Part shown: piece after piece, positions 46,318 through 59,679 of the stretch
Numbering within the stretch: the stretch's first letter is position 1
Layout: each line of letters opens with the position of its first letter
Translations under genes and position numbers: made by a program
Notes under the pieces: generated by a model
What the model was told of the DNA's origin: nothing
Database searches by the model: none
The model's input: only the letters and a program-made list of their open reading frames with translations
Assembly (NCBI RefSeq): GCF_000315625.1
Contig: NW_005434601.1
Location: 358,011 to 422,010 of the forward strand
Reading direction: 5' to 3'
DNA length: 64,000 nucleotides
Source of the DNA: Guillardia theta CCMP2712
Taxonomy: Eukaryota > Protista > Cryptophyta

Positions 46318-47618
46318 ATGGCCTTGCGGGCGGTACGTGGCGATCGCGGAGGTGGAGGAGGTGGAGGAGGAGGTGGAGGAGGAGGAAGGATGAACATACG
46401 GAGAGGAAGAGGTAGAAGAAGACGGGAGGGCAGTAAGAGAGATGAAATGCTGCTGCTTTCTTAAGGGTACCGAGCAGCCGAGGTATTCGTGGAGCTTTCC
46501 GACATAGGTCGTAGGACAGGAAGGTAGAGCTGAGGCCAGTCGAGGGATGTCAAGTCCTTGACGAGCCTTCGTTTTCTGTCTCGCGATGACTTGAAGTCTG
46601 TTGCTGCTGGCACACTCTACTGTGTCATGCTCCACACCAGCTGCACCCACTGCGAGTACGGGAATCGAAGTTGTCAACTGATTCGGTGTGCAGGTTCTCG
46701 TCCTCGCCTCTCTGGGCTGTGTCTCTGCGTTTCAACATGCAGGTGATATCATGATCGCACTCCTCGTCCTCTCTCTTGGTCACCCCATGAGCAGGACTGT
46801 CTCTGGGGTCTAACAACCGCCATGTTGCCCTCTCGTCCTGCCTGCAGAGGAAGGCTTGTTCGTTCGGGGACATGAAAAAAAGAACTTTCCTCCGCAGCTC
46901 TGAGAACCAAGAGTCACCGACTGAAGACAACGGCAGCACAGTCGAGATCTCCAAGGAGGAGCTCATCAAGCTCGCCGAACAGGCTGGCGTGAAGGTGAAG
47001 TTCGCGAGCGACTACCTGCAGCAGGAGGAAGCGGCACAAGGTGAAGGTCGGGAGCCTCGATGCTGCTTCATGACGAGCTCCTTGCAGCCAGAGAGCAGCA
47101 GCCATCTGGTCCCAGCATGTTCGAGCCAGCGATCAACGCCCTCCAGCCCATCCTCAAACTCCCTCCCATCCTCCAGTACCCAGCGTTGATCCTGATCTTC
47201 GGGGCCGTCTCTGCCATCTTCCTCCCGCTCTTCGGGTCGGGCTCGATCAAGGACATGAAGTCAGACTCTCCTCCTGCTCCTGTCGCTTCCACCGCAACCC
47301 CCGAGGCGACCAAGAAGGTTCCAACTGCCGGTGAGGACTCCTACAAACCCTCTCCCCCTCCTCTTGACAGGGCGCAGCCGATCCTTCCAACGACATCGCC
47401 CCTAAGGTCCTTCAGATCCAGAGGAAGTCGTGCGACGTCTTCCCCTACAGGTGGGTCGACCTCTCTGTTGAGACCTCACCTCACTTTCCCTCCCCTCCCG
47501 GCAGCCTCACGCCGACCTGCACTGATCCGGACATTGGAAACAAGGCGATCCTCAAGGTGACTTTCCTCTCCCCCGTCTTCCTTCATCAGTCGTCTTCCTT
47601 CATCAGTCGTCTTCCTCT

Positions 47619-47665
<47 letters not shown>

Positions 47666-47800
47666 TCACTTATGGGGTTACAGAACCTTGACAAGTATGC
47701 AAAACCTCCTGCATCCGTGCTCAAGGTGAGCAAAACTCCGACTAATCAGTCGTGACATACTAACAAAAATCAATAGGAGAGGGCCGAGCAAGCCAAGTGA
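46318..47800 (+). CDS. Plastid-targeted single-TM protein of unknown function, multi-exon
   Basis: MALRA|VLVLASLGCVSA-FQHAG|LSLGSNNRHVALSSCLQR is a signal + SA-F + transit peptide. TM segment YPALILIFGAVSAIFLPLFG. Ends ...ASVLK|ERAEQAK*. Confidence 0.7.
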
Positions 47801-47939
47801 TTCACGTATCTATTTTCCTCATTCTTTCAAATTAGATTTTCATTCTAGCAGTAACATGATGGTTTAATGAAGAAGATCAATCTTGGTATTGCTCTTTAAG
47901 CTGAGTTCAGATTACAACAAACTGATATGTACACGCTGT

Positions 47940-50000
47940 TCACTTAGAGACACAGCACGACGAGAGACGACAATGTACAGGACCATATTGGTACACGAAG
48001 GTATGAGAGGGAGCTTCAGCGCATGAAATGAGAGTGGGAGGAAGAGGTCTGAGATGCTCAGTACTCGTGAAGACTATCCTCATCGTTGTAGTACTGCCGT
48101 ACTAAGTGAGACGAGGAGGAGCAAGAGCAGGTAAGATGCAGACCTGGGCTAGAAGTGACTCTTCCTCCACCTCCTCCGCTTCCCGCCGCCTTCGCTTCTT
48201 GAGGTCGCTGGAAGCAGAGTCAGCGAGTCAAGACGTGGGATGGAGACTCAAAGACTCGCCAGACGCATCGAATGCAGCAGACGAGCTCGCAGGCGATGCT
48301 CGTGCCGATCAAGAGGACGATGAGCTGAGAAAAAAGACATCATTCGAGTCAACACACAGGTAGTAGGAAGTCGGCACCTCCAGCCTCCACAAGATCATGT
48401 CATCCACGCTCGGAAGACAGCCCTCTGCTGTTCGGTTGGTGTTGAGGGTGCAAACAAGATCGATGAAGAAGTTCTTGCAGGGCTTGCAAGGATTCTTCGG
48501 GACACTGAGAGGCCTGGGGGACCAAAACCAGTCAGGTCGTCAGTTTCTCACGTCAGATGTGCGTGCGAATCTTCCAGAGGAATGACGACAAACAGGTTCG
48601 CCTCCTCGACCGACATTGCACATGAATGTTGGATGTATGCGAGAACGACCGACCAAAGATGTGGCGATCGCGTAAGTACACCCGTAAGACATGAAGTGGG
48701 GGCCAAACATGACAAGACAGGGATGGTCAGAAGATACAAGACGTGAAGAGGAACGGGACGACGAAGGAGGGACGGAAGGGATAGGAAGTACAAGGTGGAG
48801 ATCAACCGACCCCTCACACCATCAAAGAACTCCAGGTCACCCACATCTTGAGTTCGCTCGGCACGACGCATGCGGCAGAAGAAGAGCACTGGAGGCTCGC
48901 AGGACAGGAGCAGTTTCGATCCCACAGCTGCCGTCATGGTCATGATCAACACATCAGATGAGATGTCCTGACATCTGAGATCATTCGCTCCGAACCAGCC
49001 TGACAGAACCACAATCAGCCTCCCCTTAGCGGCAGGATGAGCACACACCAAGACGAAGTGAAACTTGAACGCTATCACAGTCAGCGTGAAAGCTTGGATG
49101 AGCATCTGAGCTTCAGCTTTCAGCTCAAGTTGCAAGAGACGTCTTGATGGCAGTCACCATCATTGTTAGCCCGGCAATGTCTCCATGCAAGGAACACCTT
49201 CCCAAACAGATCGTCAGTAGTAGACTTCCCCACACGGAGATTCTCACTTCGATCTCAGAGCGTCGCTGGCGCTCATGCAAGACATCGAAAAGAAAACAAG
49301 GAGAAGAAGACCGACGACGACAGCAGGTCCCATCATCAACACCTGTCATCAAATCATCCTAGTACATGTCACGCCACAACGCCATGCCTCCTCGATGGCT
49401 TCGGAGGCTTCCTGCGGAAGCTGTTTGGCAACATACATGCCTTGGAACTGAGTTAGACAGCAGATGAGTCAGGACATGGACGAACTGATACCTTGCAGCG
49501 CTATGACCGCCATGGCCCCCCACAAGAAACCGATCACGACGGCAAGGGCTGTCCTTGCCTCCATGCTGCTGAAGTCCTTGGATGAAGGCGCTTGCGATAT
49601 CCTCCCCTCAGCCTCCCTGTTGGTCTCGCTCCATCCTCTTCAAGTCTCTTGAGTTTCCTCCTTGTCGTCCTCGTCCTCGTCCTCGTCCTCCTGCTGCTGC
49701 ATGTCCCTTCCGAGGCAGCGGAGGCATTGCAAGGGGAATGTCGGTGGTCAGCCATCCACTGCGGTTAACAAATTTGAGTCAGCTGCAGGCATGCGAAGAT
49801 GCTGGCAAAGGAGGGGATGGAGGAGGATGAGGAGGAGCAGGAGGAGCAGGAGCAGGAGGAGCAGGAGCAGGAGGAGCAGGCGCAGGAGCAGGAGCAAGGG
49901 AGGCAGGGCCAGAGGTGCAGCAGCAGCAACAGCAGCAGCAGCAGCAGGTGGTTCACCTTAGCAGACAATGGAAATGTACCTGAAGCAGCGCTATGGAGTG
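47940..50000 (-). CDS. Hypothetical multi-exon membrane protein
   Basis: Series of short exon-like segments bounded by GT/AG, with hydrophobic stretches (ALAVVIGFLWGAMAVIALQ; LIQAFTLTVIAFKF). No family recognised; boundaries approximate. Confidence 0.35.
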
Positions 50001-50307
50001 TGAGAGGAGTTCAGCATGAGAGGAAGAAAGATTGAACGCATAGATAGTGTTCATCCAAGAAGCATGAGAACTACGAGGTGCAGGTGAGGAGGTGCATCCT
50101 CATGAGGACGGAGTGAGTGAATAGGAGGGGAGAAACAAGAATGTGGGAGCAGCGATGTTGTCAGGGAGATCGAAGGACACAAGTCTGAACTTCCAGATTC
50201 TGTAACTTGAGGAGTCGCCTTTGTCATACTGAAGCGATGCTGCCTTCTGCAAACCTTCTGCTCCTGACGGGTCGTCGTTCACCCAGGGTATGCAAGTGAG
50301 CTCTGGT

Positions 50308-51242
50308 ATGGTAGGAAGCAAACAAGCAGCTCTGCAGTCTTGCCTCTCAACGCGCGATGTGGATGGAGCATTGAAGATCTGTGAAGAGCTCGAGCTCGAG
50401 GTATGCGGTCAGAGGGAGCTGCGAGTCGCTCTTACATTTCTTGCCTTGGCAGCACGTGGGTCAGTGGGAGCCGGCGCAGGTGTTGCCGTTTTATCGTGTA
50501 CAGCTATTATGTTATGTCGTGAATGACCTGTATCCCTTGCTCCCGGCCCTCTCCTCTTTGCTGACCTGCCCGTTCAACAGAGTGAACGCAAGGTGGTTGT
50601 GGGAGCGCATGCCGGATGCCGTCAAGCAGGACCCGGAGCTCATCGAGCTGTGGAAGATCGCTCGGCTGTTATGGAAGCAAGACCCTTCCGCCTTCTCCCA
50701 CATCCTGGACCCCAAGTGGTCACAGAGCAACCTGGGCGAGTTGATGAAGCTCCTGCTCGGTCAGTCTCCAGAGCTCTCGCCCTCCTCCCTCCTCCCTCCC
50801 CCTCTTCCCTCCTCCCTCCTCCCTCCCCCTCTTCCCTCCTCCCTCCTCCCTCCCCCTCTTCCCTTGTCTTGCTCGTCGCGCAGGTGATGGCTGGTGCAGA
50901 GAGGCTGCGCGAGAAGAAGCTGCTCCTCATCTCCAGGAGCCACAGCTCCATCTCGCTCCAGTCATGCTCCTCCCTCCTGGGAATGAGTGAGGCCGAGGCC
51001 CAGAGCCGTAAGAGCCCAGCCCTGAGTTTGCCCTGAAAGCCTTACTCCGTGCTCGCAGTCTGCAAGGGCAAGAACTGGGAGATCTCTGGCAACTATGTGA
51101 AGCCGATCAGCCCACCTGCTGCTGTGGAGCATGTCAGTATCTGCTCAAGCGCTTCCTTGTGGTTGACCTTGGTCTCTAGGATCTCAACCCGGATCAGCTT
51201 CAAGCTCTCACAGATTACGTTTGCTCTCTGGACGCCAGATAA
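50308..51242 (+). CDS. CSN8: COP9 signalosome subunit 8
   Basis: LKICEELELE|..YRVQLLCYVVNDL|VNARWLWERMPDAVK..PELIELWKIARLLWKQD...ERLREKKLLLISRSHSSIS...WEISG...DQLQALTDYVCSLDAR*. Confidence 0.88.
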
Positions 51243-52924
51243 CTTACCGGCACGGCGGGACTTGTTGACCTCCACAGTAAAGGCCCGACCCTGTGACACT
51301 GAGTGATTCGCCGTGACGTGCTGAGGCCTCAGGAATCCGATGAGCCTCAAAGTTCAGCCTGAGTCAACTGTAGTCGGTGAGTCAGTGGCCCGGTGACTCA
51401 GGCTGCCAGTGAGCCCCGGGGCCGGCCGTGCCGGCGGCGGGGCCAGCCCGGTGACGGTGGCCGTACGGTCCCGGCGATCCGAGCCGGCGAGGCTCTGAGA
51501 TGCGGCGATCTACGCAGATCATATCCCGGGTGCCTCAGCAGTCACTGCACACGGTGCCACGGTGCTTGGAGTACGGTGCTGGGCCTCAGTGAACGGAACT
51601 TCGGAGGCGGCCCCTGCAGGCTGCCAGTACTACTGTACAGGAGTCCGTTCAATGCTTGAACTTCCGAGTTCCGGTGAGAGTCGGAAGACAAGACGGTGCT
51701 GTCCGCCGGAACCGTTGAACCCGGCCGGATATGCCGGATTGACAGATGATCCGCCCCCGGGGCCGATTCCGCAGCCCTCAGTACGGTAAATCCGAGCCCC
51801 GGGCCCGCCTGGCAGCCTTAGGCCCAGCCGATGGCCGGAGTCGCCGGCAGTCGGAGGCTATTTCTGATGCGATGGCAACGCAACTTGAGGCTCTTGAGGC
51901 TCGAGAGCCACCGGGCGACCTCTTCAAGTCCCGAGTTGTGACCCAAGTCTGTGACCAAGATCAAGATTATCGATACCCCACCCTGTCCTTGCATATCTTG
52001 AACTAGTCATCGGGAGGGGTCCGATGATCCGACGCTTGAGGCAGCTGAGCAGCCGCACTGAAGGAGCAACCTCCGCCCACCGGCGAGACCCACGTGACCT
52101 CAACCCGGGGGCCCGTGACTGACTCGCCTCACCGGTCGCTAGGACCCTCACCCCCTTGAAGCCTCTTGCTGTGAGCTTCCCTATGACCCCCATGGCGTAC
52201 GGTAGGCCTTTCTAAGACGAGGCCTAGAGAGAATACTGACCCCACCCCATCCCACTCGCAGCTCTGTGACTCCAGTACCCCTACCCCCTTGATCAACATT
52301 TCCGGTGGGCCGTGACTCCCCACAATGGGCGGTAGTTTGTAGGGGTAAAATGGTCGTTACAACCGTTACATTGTAGCTTCTACGGTCTTGTCTGACGGTT
52401 ATGTTGACCGTTGTGCCCTTTTGGTACCTTCATTCCCTTACGACTCCTGACACCACCCACCCCATAGAACCATCACCCACCCCACCCACTCTTGATTTGA
52501 TGGTGCCTCCTTCGATTTGAGCCTCACGTGTACCCCCACCCCCATACCTCCCACTCAATAGGTTTAAATACACCCGGTCCAATAGGATTTTACGCCCTCT
52601 CACCTACACCTTTCTGTACCCTACCTCCTACCCCTCCGTTCCTTTCCTACACGGGACCCCCCCCCCCCTCTTTTGCCTCCTCAATTTTTCATGATTTTTA
52701 TGGGTAACCCCCCGCCCCCCCAAAGTTCACTTTCGAAGTACTGAGCACCGGTGCATCCCTCCTCAATACTACCCCTTCATTACCACCCCACCCCTAGGTG
52801 GCAACTCTGTGCACCGGAGCCTTCACTTTACTACCGTATCAGTCCTTCCCGCCTCCGACTAGCTGCGTCCCCGGTCCTTGTATCTCCTGATCTTCCCCCG
52901 CTTCCTCCTGTTGCCCCCCTTGCC

Positions 52925-53629
52925 ATGACTTCACCAGCTTCCTCCCCTTCCTTCCCTCCTCTACTCCCGGTCCAGGTTGACTCTGTCAGCATCCGAGCGC
53001 GCTCCAAGAACTACGAAACGGGACGAACCCCACGATTCGTGAATCTCAACTACACTTTCCTCAGCCCCTGTTCCACATGAGACAAGAGGACGTGGCGGAC
53101 ATGCTGGTAAGACTCCTCCTCACATCCCCGAGCTCTTCTCCTCCTGGTGCACTAGAGCTCGTTCTTCACTCACGCGGCAACCTCGCAGGGAATCTCGCTC
53201 ACGAGTCTCAAGAGCGCGTGTAGGAGGTTGGGGATCGCTCGCTGGCCTTACATGAGATCGGGTAGCAGCCGCCTCAGATCTGGTGCTTCCTCCCCCACAG
53301 ACTCTGATCTCACAGAGACGAGTGCGTCCATGCCGAGCATGAACGAAGTCAGCTGCATGCACAGCTCGATCGAGGAGAGTTGCGAGGTTCACTCCCACGT
53401 CATTCCTAGCAGCGCAGAGGACGTGGAGGAGAGAGGCAGCTCTAGCAGTGCGGACGACAGTCATGTAGGGCTCGAGCCGACTGAGGATCAGCTGTGTGAG
53501 CCCTCGATAGCCACCGTAAGCTCGTTGGCGCCGAGTCTTGACTTGTTCGAAGGGGAGGAGGTGCCACTGGAGGAGAGCTGGATGACTTGGTTTGTGTACG
53601 AGAACGAGGAGAAGAAGGTGGAGCTGTGA
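52925..53629 (+). CDS. Hypothetical Ser/Glu-rich protein, multi-exon
   Basis: Short exons with canonical junctions lead to the acidic ORF 53228-53629 ending EESWMTWFVYENEEKKVEL*. Confidence 0.35.
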
Positions 53630-53639
53630 GGATGAGAGC

Positions 53640-56600
53640 AAGTGTGTGTGAACTTGTGTAGATTGAAAAAAGTGCCCTGAGCTGCTGCTCGCCTTTCTTG
53701 CCTAACAGGCCATGACACCCCGTTCCTCCCCCGCCGCTCTCACGTCACATGTTGCATGTACTCCTCCATTACAGCCCTTCTCTTCCTCCTCCTCTCCTCA
53801 AGCTCGCGCTCATCTGGCTGTCATGGCGCGCATGCTTTGCCCGCTGCTCCGCCTGGAGGCACTAGACGGAGGCTTCGACACCTTCCTGTCCTCTGTTGGC
53901 TTGTGTCCGACAGAGAGGGCGAAGAGAGCTTGCTTGGCAGCTGGGAGGCTGCTGGCGTCGTAGCTGCTCATGATCCTCTGAATCTCCTTGATGGCAGTCT
54001 GAGATGAAGTTAGGAAGAACGAGGAAGAGCAAAGGCAGGAGCAGAGGAGAGGAGAGGAGAGGAGGGGAAGGGAGGGGCGGGGAGGGGAGAAGAGAGGAGG
54101 AGGCAGAGGTAGGAACGATAGTTTCACCCAGTCTCTGTGTGCGTCTCCAAGGGTAGACATCTGTAGAGCTTCAGAGGGGAGGAGCAGGAGGGCAGGGGAG
54201 CAGGTGAGTACCGCCTTGTATGCCGAGTTCCTCACCGCCCAGTCCTTCTCTTGTGCCTGAGGAGCAGCCGAGTGAGGGGGGACGCGAGCCGCGTCGTCTC
54301 TTCACCCGCAGCAGGAGGGCGTTGAGCGCTGCCTTGTCGTGCTTCGGGAGAGCAGGGCGAGAGCCTTGCAAGCGTTGGAGCGGACGAGCCAGTCAGGATC
54401 CGAAGAGGACATGTCGATGAGCTGCAAGACGGTCAGAGGAGGAGGAGGAGGAGAGGAGGAGGAGTCGTACCAGGAGGAGGAGGAGGACGACGAGAGGCGA
54501 TATGCACGGCAGCGATCGTCCCTCCTCTCATCTCATAATCATCTTCCCGTGATCCACCAGCTCCCTCCCNNNNNNNNNNNNNNNNNNNNNNNNNNNNNNN
54601 NNNNNNNNNNNNNNNNNNNNNNNNNNNNNNNNNNNNNNNNNNNNNNNNNNNNNNNNNNNNNNNNNNNNNGGGAAGAGGGAGGGAGGGAGGGAGGGAGGGA
54701 GGGAGGGACCAAGAGAGATTTTGTGTTCTTGTTTGCAAGGAGAGGGAGGACAAAACAATTTCACATCACCTTCAGTGCTTGCAAGGCTTCCACGCAAACC
54801 TGCAGCAAGTGCTACATCAGAACATCCTATCCCTCAACTTTCCTTCCTCTTCCTCCCTGTCTCCCCCTCTGTTTCTCCTCTCTGTCCTCTTCATCCCCGC
54901 ACTGCCATCTTGTCTTCTCCCTCCTCTACCTCTCCTTGCTGCCCTGGACCATCCCCCGCAAACGTTGAATCCACGTTGGCTATGACGGCGGCGGTGAGCA
55001 TGGGGTTCATGCTGCGAAGGAGGTGGTGCTCCTGCAGCAGCTTCACTCGTGCTGCTACTAGAGGAGGAGGAGGAGGAGGAGGAGGAGGAGGAGGAGGAGG
55101 AGGAGGAGAAGGAGGAGGAGGAAGAGGAGGAAGAGGATGTTGACCTGTCGGAGGCCGCTGAAGCTCCGCAGGATCTTGAGACGCTCTTGGATCTTTGTGG
55201 ATGGATCCAGGAGACTGACGGGGCTCGGTGAGTGAAGGAGGGAGGGGAGGGAGGGGAGGTTGTGGGGAGAAGGATAGAAGAAAGAAATGTGATGGACGGG
55301 AAGGAGGGAATGAAGGAGGGGAGGAACGATGAGAGGAGGAACGAGATAGAGGGAGAGGTGTAGGGAGGAAGCAAAAACTCACGCTGCTGTGACGTCTTTC
55401 CCTCCACGAGCCGACAGGTGCATCGAGTCTGGGCGTTTGGAATAGAGACGAGAAGTTGCAGGACGAAGAGGGTCAAGCGCGAGAGATTGACGAGGACTTG
55501 AGCGAGCTGTCTTGGCTGAAGGAGGAGGAGACTCAGATGAGAAAGAGGAAGAGGAAGAGGAAGAGGAAGAGGAAGAGGAAGAGGAAGAGGAAGAGGAAGA
55601 GGAAGAGGAAGAGGAAGAGGAAGAACGAGAAAGAACAAGACCAAGTCGGGAAGCGAGAGGGAGGGGTTGGAAGGTTGATGAACTTCGGTAGGATAGCAGG
55701 ACTGATTATGAAGTCGAGGAGGGAGAGGAGGGGGAGGAGAGGGAGGGGAAGGAGGAGGTAACCAACCTCTTCGCTCCTCCAAGTCCGGCAGCTGAGGAGG
55801 GATGCGCTCGGAGGAGGGAATCTTGAGCTTGAACTTGTTTTCCATGATCGAACCTCTCTGTCCATCGCGATCAGTTTCTCCTCCCTCCCGCTCCCTTTTC
55901 AGTTACCGTCCTCCTGCTGACGGAGCGGGAGGGAACAGAATTTCTTCCTCCTCCTGGTGTTCGGCGTTCAGCTTCGAGGAGGATCATGCTCGGGTTACCT
56001 TGAGCGCGCTTCGGAGGAGCGTCGGACTCGTTGGAGATGGGCGACTTTGCTTCCATGGCCGTGGGAGATTCTGAGAGAAAACGATTAAGAGAAAGAAACG
56101 AGAGCAGAACGAGGAGGAGGAGGAACAGAAGGAGAAGAATGGAGAAGGAACAGACCTGCAGGAGATGCAGGTTGATGGTGTTGCTGTTTGCCTGGAAGGG
56201 TGGAGGTCAATGGAGGAAGAGATGGTAGACGGCGACGAGGAGAAGGTGGCGGAGGAGGAGAAGGTGGCGGAGGAAGAGAAGGTGGCGGAGGAAGAGAAGG
56301 TGGCGGAGGAGGAGAAGGTGGAGGTGGAGGAGGCTTTGGGTCACCGATCTGAATCTTCGCGTTCCTCAAAGTCCGTCTCACTGACTCCTTGATCCTCCTG
56401 ACTTCCACGTCAATCATGCTGATTGCTCCTCCTTCACTCTTCCTTCCCTTCGCCCCGTTCTCCCCCCCCCCCTTCTCCCTTCCTCCTCTCTCTCGTCTCT
56501 CTCTCTCTCCTNNNNNNNNNNNNNNNNNNNNNNNNNNNNNNNNNNNNNNNNNNNNNNNNNNNNNNNNNNNNNNNNNNNNNNNNNNNNNNNNNNNNNNNNN

Positions 56601-59260
56601 NNNNNNNNNNNCCCCCCTTCCCTCCTTCCTCCTCTTCTCCTGTTGTCATCAACTCTCCTCCTCCTCCTCCTCCTCCTCCTCCTCTTCCTCCTCCTCCTCC
56701 CTCTACCTCTGTTGCTTGTGGTGCTCTACCCAGCTTGCAAAGCACTCGTTCACCTAGGGCAGGACGATCAGTCGAACGCAGCAGGAGCCTCGTCCTACCT
56801 TTCCCCCCTTCCAGTTCAGGACCAGCTGGCGACTGACCCCAGCAGAAGTTCTCAGCTCATCTGGTGGGTCACGTGACCTCTCTCACCTCACGTCCTCCAG
56901 CCTGTGCTTGTCGATGTTGGCCAGCAGCCCGTGGCTGCGGAAGATGACCTGAAGCTCTAGAGTGCATGTGAGGAGGGAGCATGTGCCCCTGCTCCCTGCT
57001 GCTCCCTGCTCCCTGCTCCCTGCTCCCTGCTCCCAGCTCCCAGCTCCCAGCTCCCAGCTCCTCCTCTCATTCTGCTGTCCAACTATGGTTTCTCGTTCTC
57101 ATCATCCTGGAGCCCTTGTCCTCATGTCCCCACTCTCCTATTCTTTCTGCCCCCTTTCTCTTTGGTGGATCCTCCACCTTCTCCTCATCCACCTTGCCCT
57201 CTTCCTCTTCCTCGGCTTCCTCTATCCATCTTCTCCCTGCTGTTCCTCCTCCTCCTGTCCCTCCTTCTCCTCCTCCTCACCTTCTTTCTTCATGATCTTC
57301 TTGATCGTGTCCACAGCAGCATACCGAACCTTCACCGCCCCCCGGCCCCTCGTCAATTCCTCACGGTCATTTTCTCACCTCTCTGCCTCACCTGCACGTT
57401 GGAGTCTTTCAGGGCGTACAAGACGCTGTCGACAGCCGTCTGGTCCCCCTGCCGGGCGATCTGCAGGCGGGGGGTCAGGCATGTAGATCAACTTCGTCAT
57501 GCTTGCAACGGGCAGACAGTGAGAAAGAGCACCAGCGGTGAGGGAGCGAAGTAAGGAGGGGAGGGAGGAGAGGGAGACAGGAGAGGGGAGGAGGAGGAGA
57601 GGGTGACAAGACAGGGGAGGGAGGGAGCAGATGGAGGAGAGGATGAAGAGGAGGAGAGGGAGGGAGGGAGGGAGGGAGGGAGGGAGGGAGGAGAGGAGGA
57701 CATCGACGGGAAAGGCACGTTCGCAGCTATGGAGAAGGATCGTTCTCTGTGTTTCTCCTACTCTTCTCACCTGCCGCAGCCCCTGGACCGCACAGACTCG
57801 ATTCCTGGGGTCAGAATCCTTGATAAGAGCCGAAACCTGCAAGGAAATGAGAGATTGGACGAGGAGAGCGAGTAGTAGTTGCCATAGGAGGAGGAGGAGG
57901 AGGAGGAGGAGGAGGAGGAGGAGGAGGAGGAGGAGGAGAACTCATAGGAGGAGGATGAGCCATAGGAGGAGGAATCATGATCCTTAAGGTCCCATCACAC
58001 GATGTCACAGTTCAATCACCATGGCGATGATTTGGGAGTCCCCGGGCTCGACGATGCTCGCTATCATCGAGAGCGCCTCCTGCCTCACCTGCACACCCAT
58101 CGCCTCGTCACCATCGTGCCTCCCCCTCCCCCGCCTCCTCCCGCCCCTCCTCAGCTCCCTCTCTCACAGCCGAGGAGCGGTCGCGCAGTGCAGCCTGGTA
58201 GATCTTCACAGCGGGCGGATGTCCTCGGGAGCAGACCTCTGCTATCAGATGCACTGCCTCCACTTTCACCGGCACGTTCGCGTCCACTTTGGTCTGCAGG
58301 AGCGACGAGACGGCACTGATGACATCAGCGTCGTCCTGCTCCGCCAGGTTGGAGAGGGTTCGCGCCGCTTTCCCCCGCAGCTCGGTAGGGCAGGAGGGAG
58401 AAGTCAACATACCCAGCATCGCTCCTATGACCTTCCTGTCCCCGCGGTTGGCGAGAAACTGAACGATGCCCAAGGCGCTCTCCTTGGTCGACTCGTCCTC
58501 CCCCTGAAGGACATCGATCGCATGCTGCAGGACAGGCTCAGTGCAGGTCTCAGCCGACCACCTATCCCCGTCACCTGGATCGCAAGGACTTTGTACTTGG
58601 GGGTGTGGAGCAACGAACGGAGGGCAGCGAAGTGAGGAGGACCGGACGGGCAACTGGCGTCCCTCAGAGTCTTCGCTGCTGCAACACGCACGTGCATCTC
58701 TCCGTGCAGGCAAGAGAACAGCTTCTCGACTGTCAACCCGTCTTCCTGCCAGGGCCAACGTCAACTTGTCAAGTTGAACTTGACAGCAGCAAGATCACAT
58801 CATGTACCTCACTGCTCTCGTCCTGGTGGGTCTCTTTGATCAGAAGCCTCGGGGACTTGCTGCTAGGGGCCCTCTGCAGGTCTTTCATCCTTCTCTCTGC
58901 TATCTCGATATCGCGCGTGTTGGCAATTTTTTCGTCTGCTCCGTCGTCATGGAATGCGGCAGCGGTCTTGCAACAAGGTCAGGCCAGGAGAACTCCTGAT
59001 GTCATAGGAGGCAGTTCACCTTCTTGTCCTTGCCCTGAGCAGCGAGCTGCTCATCAGTGACTGAGCTGGCGAAGCTGTGCCGGTAGCTATTAATAATGGC
59101 TTCTCCTGAGGAGCGAGTGATATCGCTCTCCCTCAACATCCTGCATGGTTGAGGATCATGAAAGCTCCTCATGAGAACTTGAACGTTGACTCAGCTCCGC
59201 ATCATCTCCCTCTCCTCTTCCCCCTGCTGCTGCTCCCTCCCGCCCCATGTCGTCCTCCCT
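53640..59260 (-). CDS. HEAT/armadillo-repeat protein (one long gene or two adjacent genes), spans two gaps
   Basis: HEAT-like units LQGEDESTKESALGIV, CPTELRGKAARTLSNL, NVPVKVEAVHLI, LRDRSSAVRE, LIKDSDPRNRVCAVQGL, DPDWLVRSNACKALA. Exon linkage across the gaps is not resolved. Confidence 0.55.
55540..55625. repeat. (GAGGAA)n hexamer microsatellite, probably intronic
   Basis: About 13 perfect units, directly visible. Confidence 0.9.
56236..56325. repeat. 18-bp minisatellite GAGGAGAAGGTGGCGGAG x~5
   Basis: Translates as EEEKVA repeats in the ORF track; probably intronic. Confidence 0.8.
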
Positions 59261-59679
59261 TCCGCCATCGCCCCGACGGCGACCGTTAGATTCTTGACAA
59301 GCAGCAACAAGAACTTCGGAAAAAACCGGCCCGGTATGTGGCCTGCTGAGGCGGGCTGCCTTGGGAAACTTCGAAGTCCAAAGTTTGTTTGAAAAGTTTG
59401 GTGGTACAAGTTTGGAAAAGTTCATTCGCCATGGGCGAACGGAAGGGGAGAGGAATAGGAGGAGGCGGAGGAGGCGGAGGCGATATGCACGGCAGCGATC
59501 GTCCCTCCTCTCATCTCATAATCATCTTCCCGTGATCCACCAGCTCCCTCCCTCCTCCCTCTACTCGTCTGCCCCCTCCTGCTTGTTTTATCGAGATCCG
59601 CCCTCTGCCCGGACAGTCTCCAATGCAAGTTAGCGCCAATACTGCCTGAAGACCTGGCGTGTTCCTCCTACTCATCCAC

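Noticed and set aside
54817-55845. Poly-P/poly-E/LP-repeat proteins in the ORF track
   Set aside because: Translations of intronic GGA/GAGGAA microsatellites.
56236-56325. Repeat array as CRISPR
   Set aside because: Head-to-tail tandem units without spacers in a eukaryotic locus; no cas genes. No rRNA or tRNA was recognised anywhere in the window.
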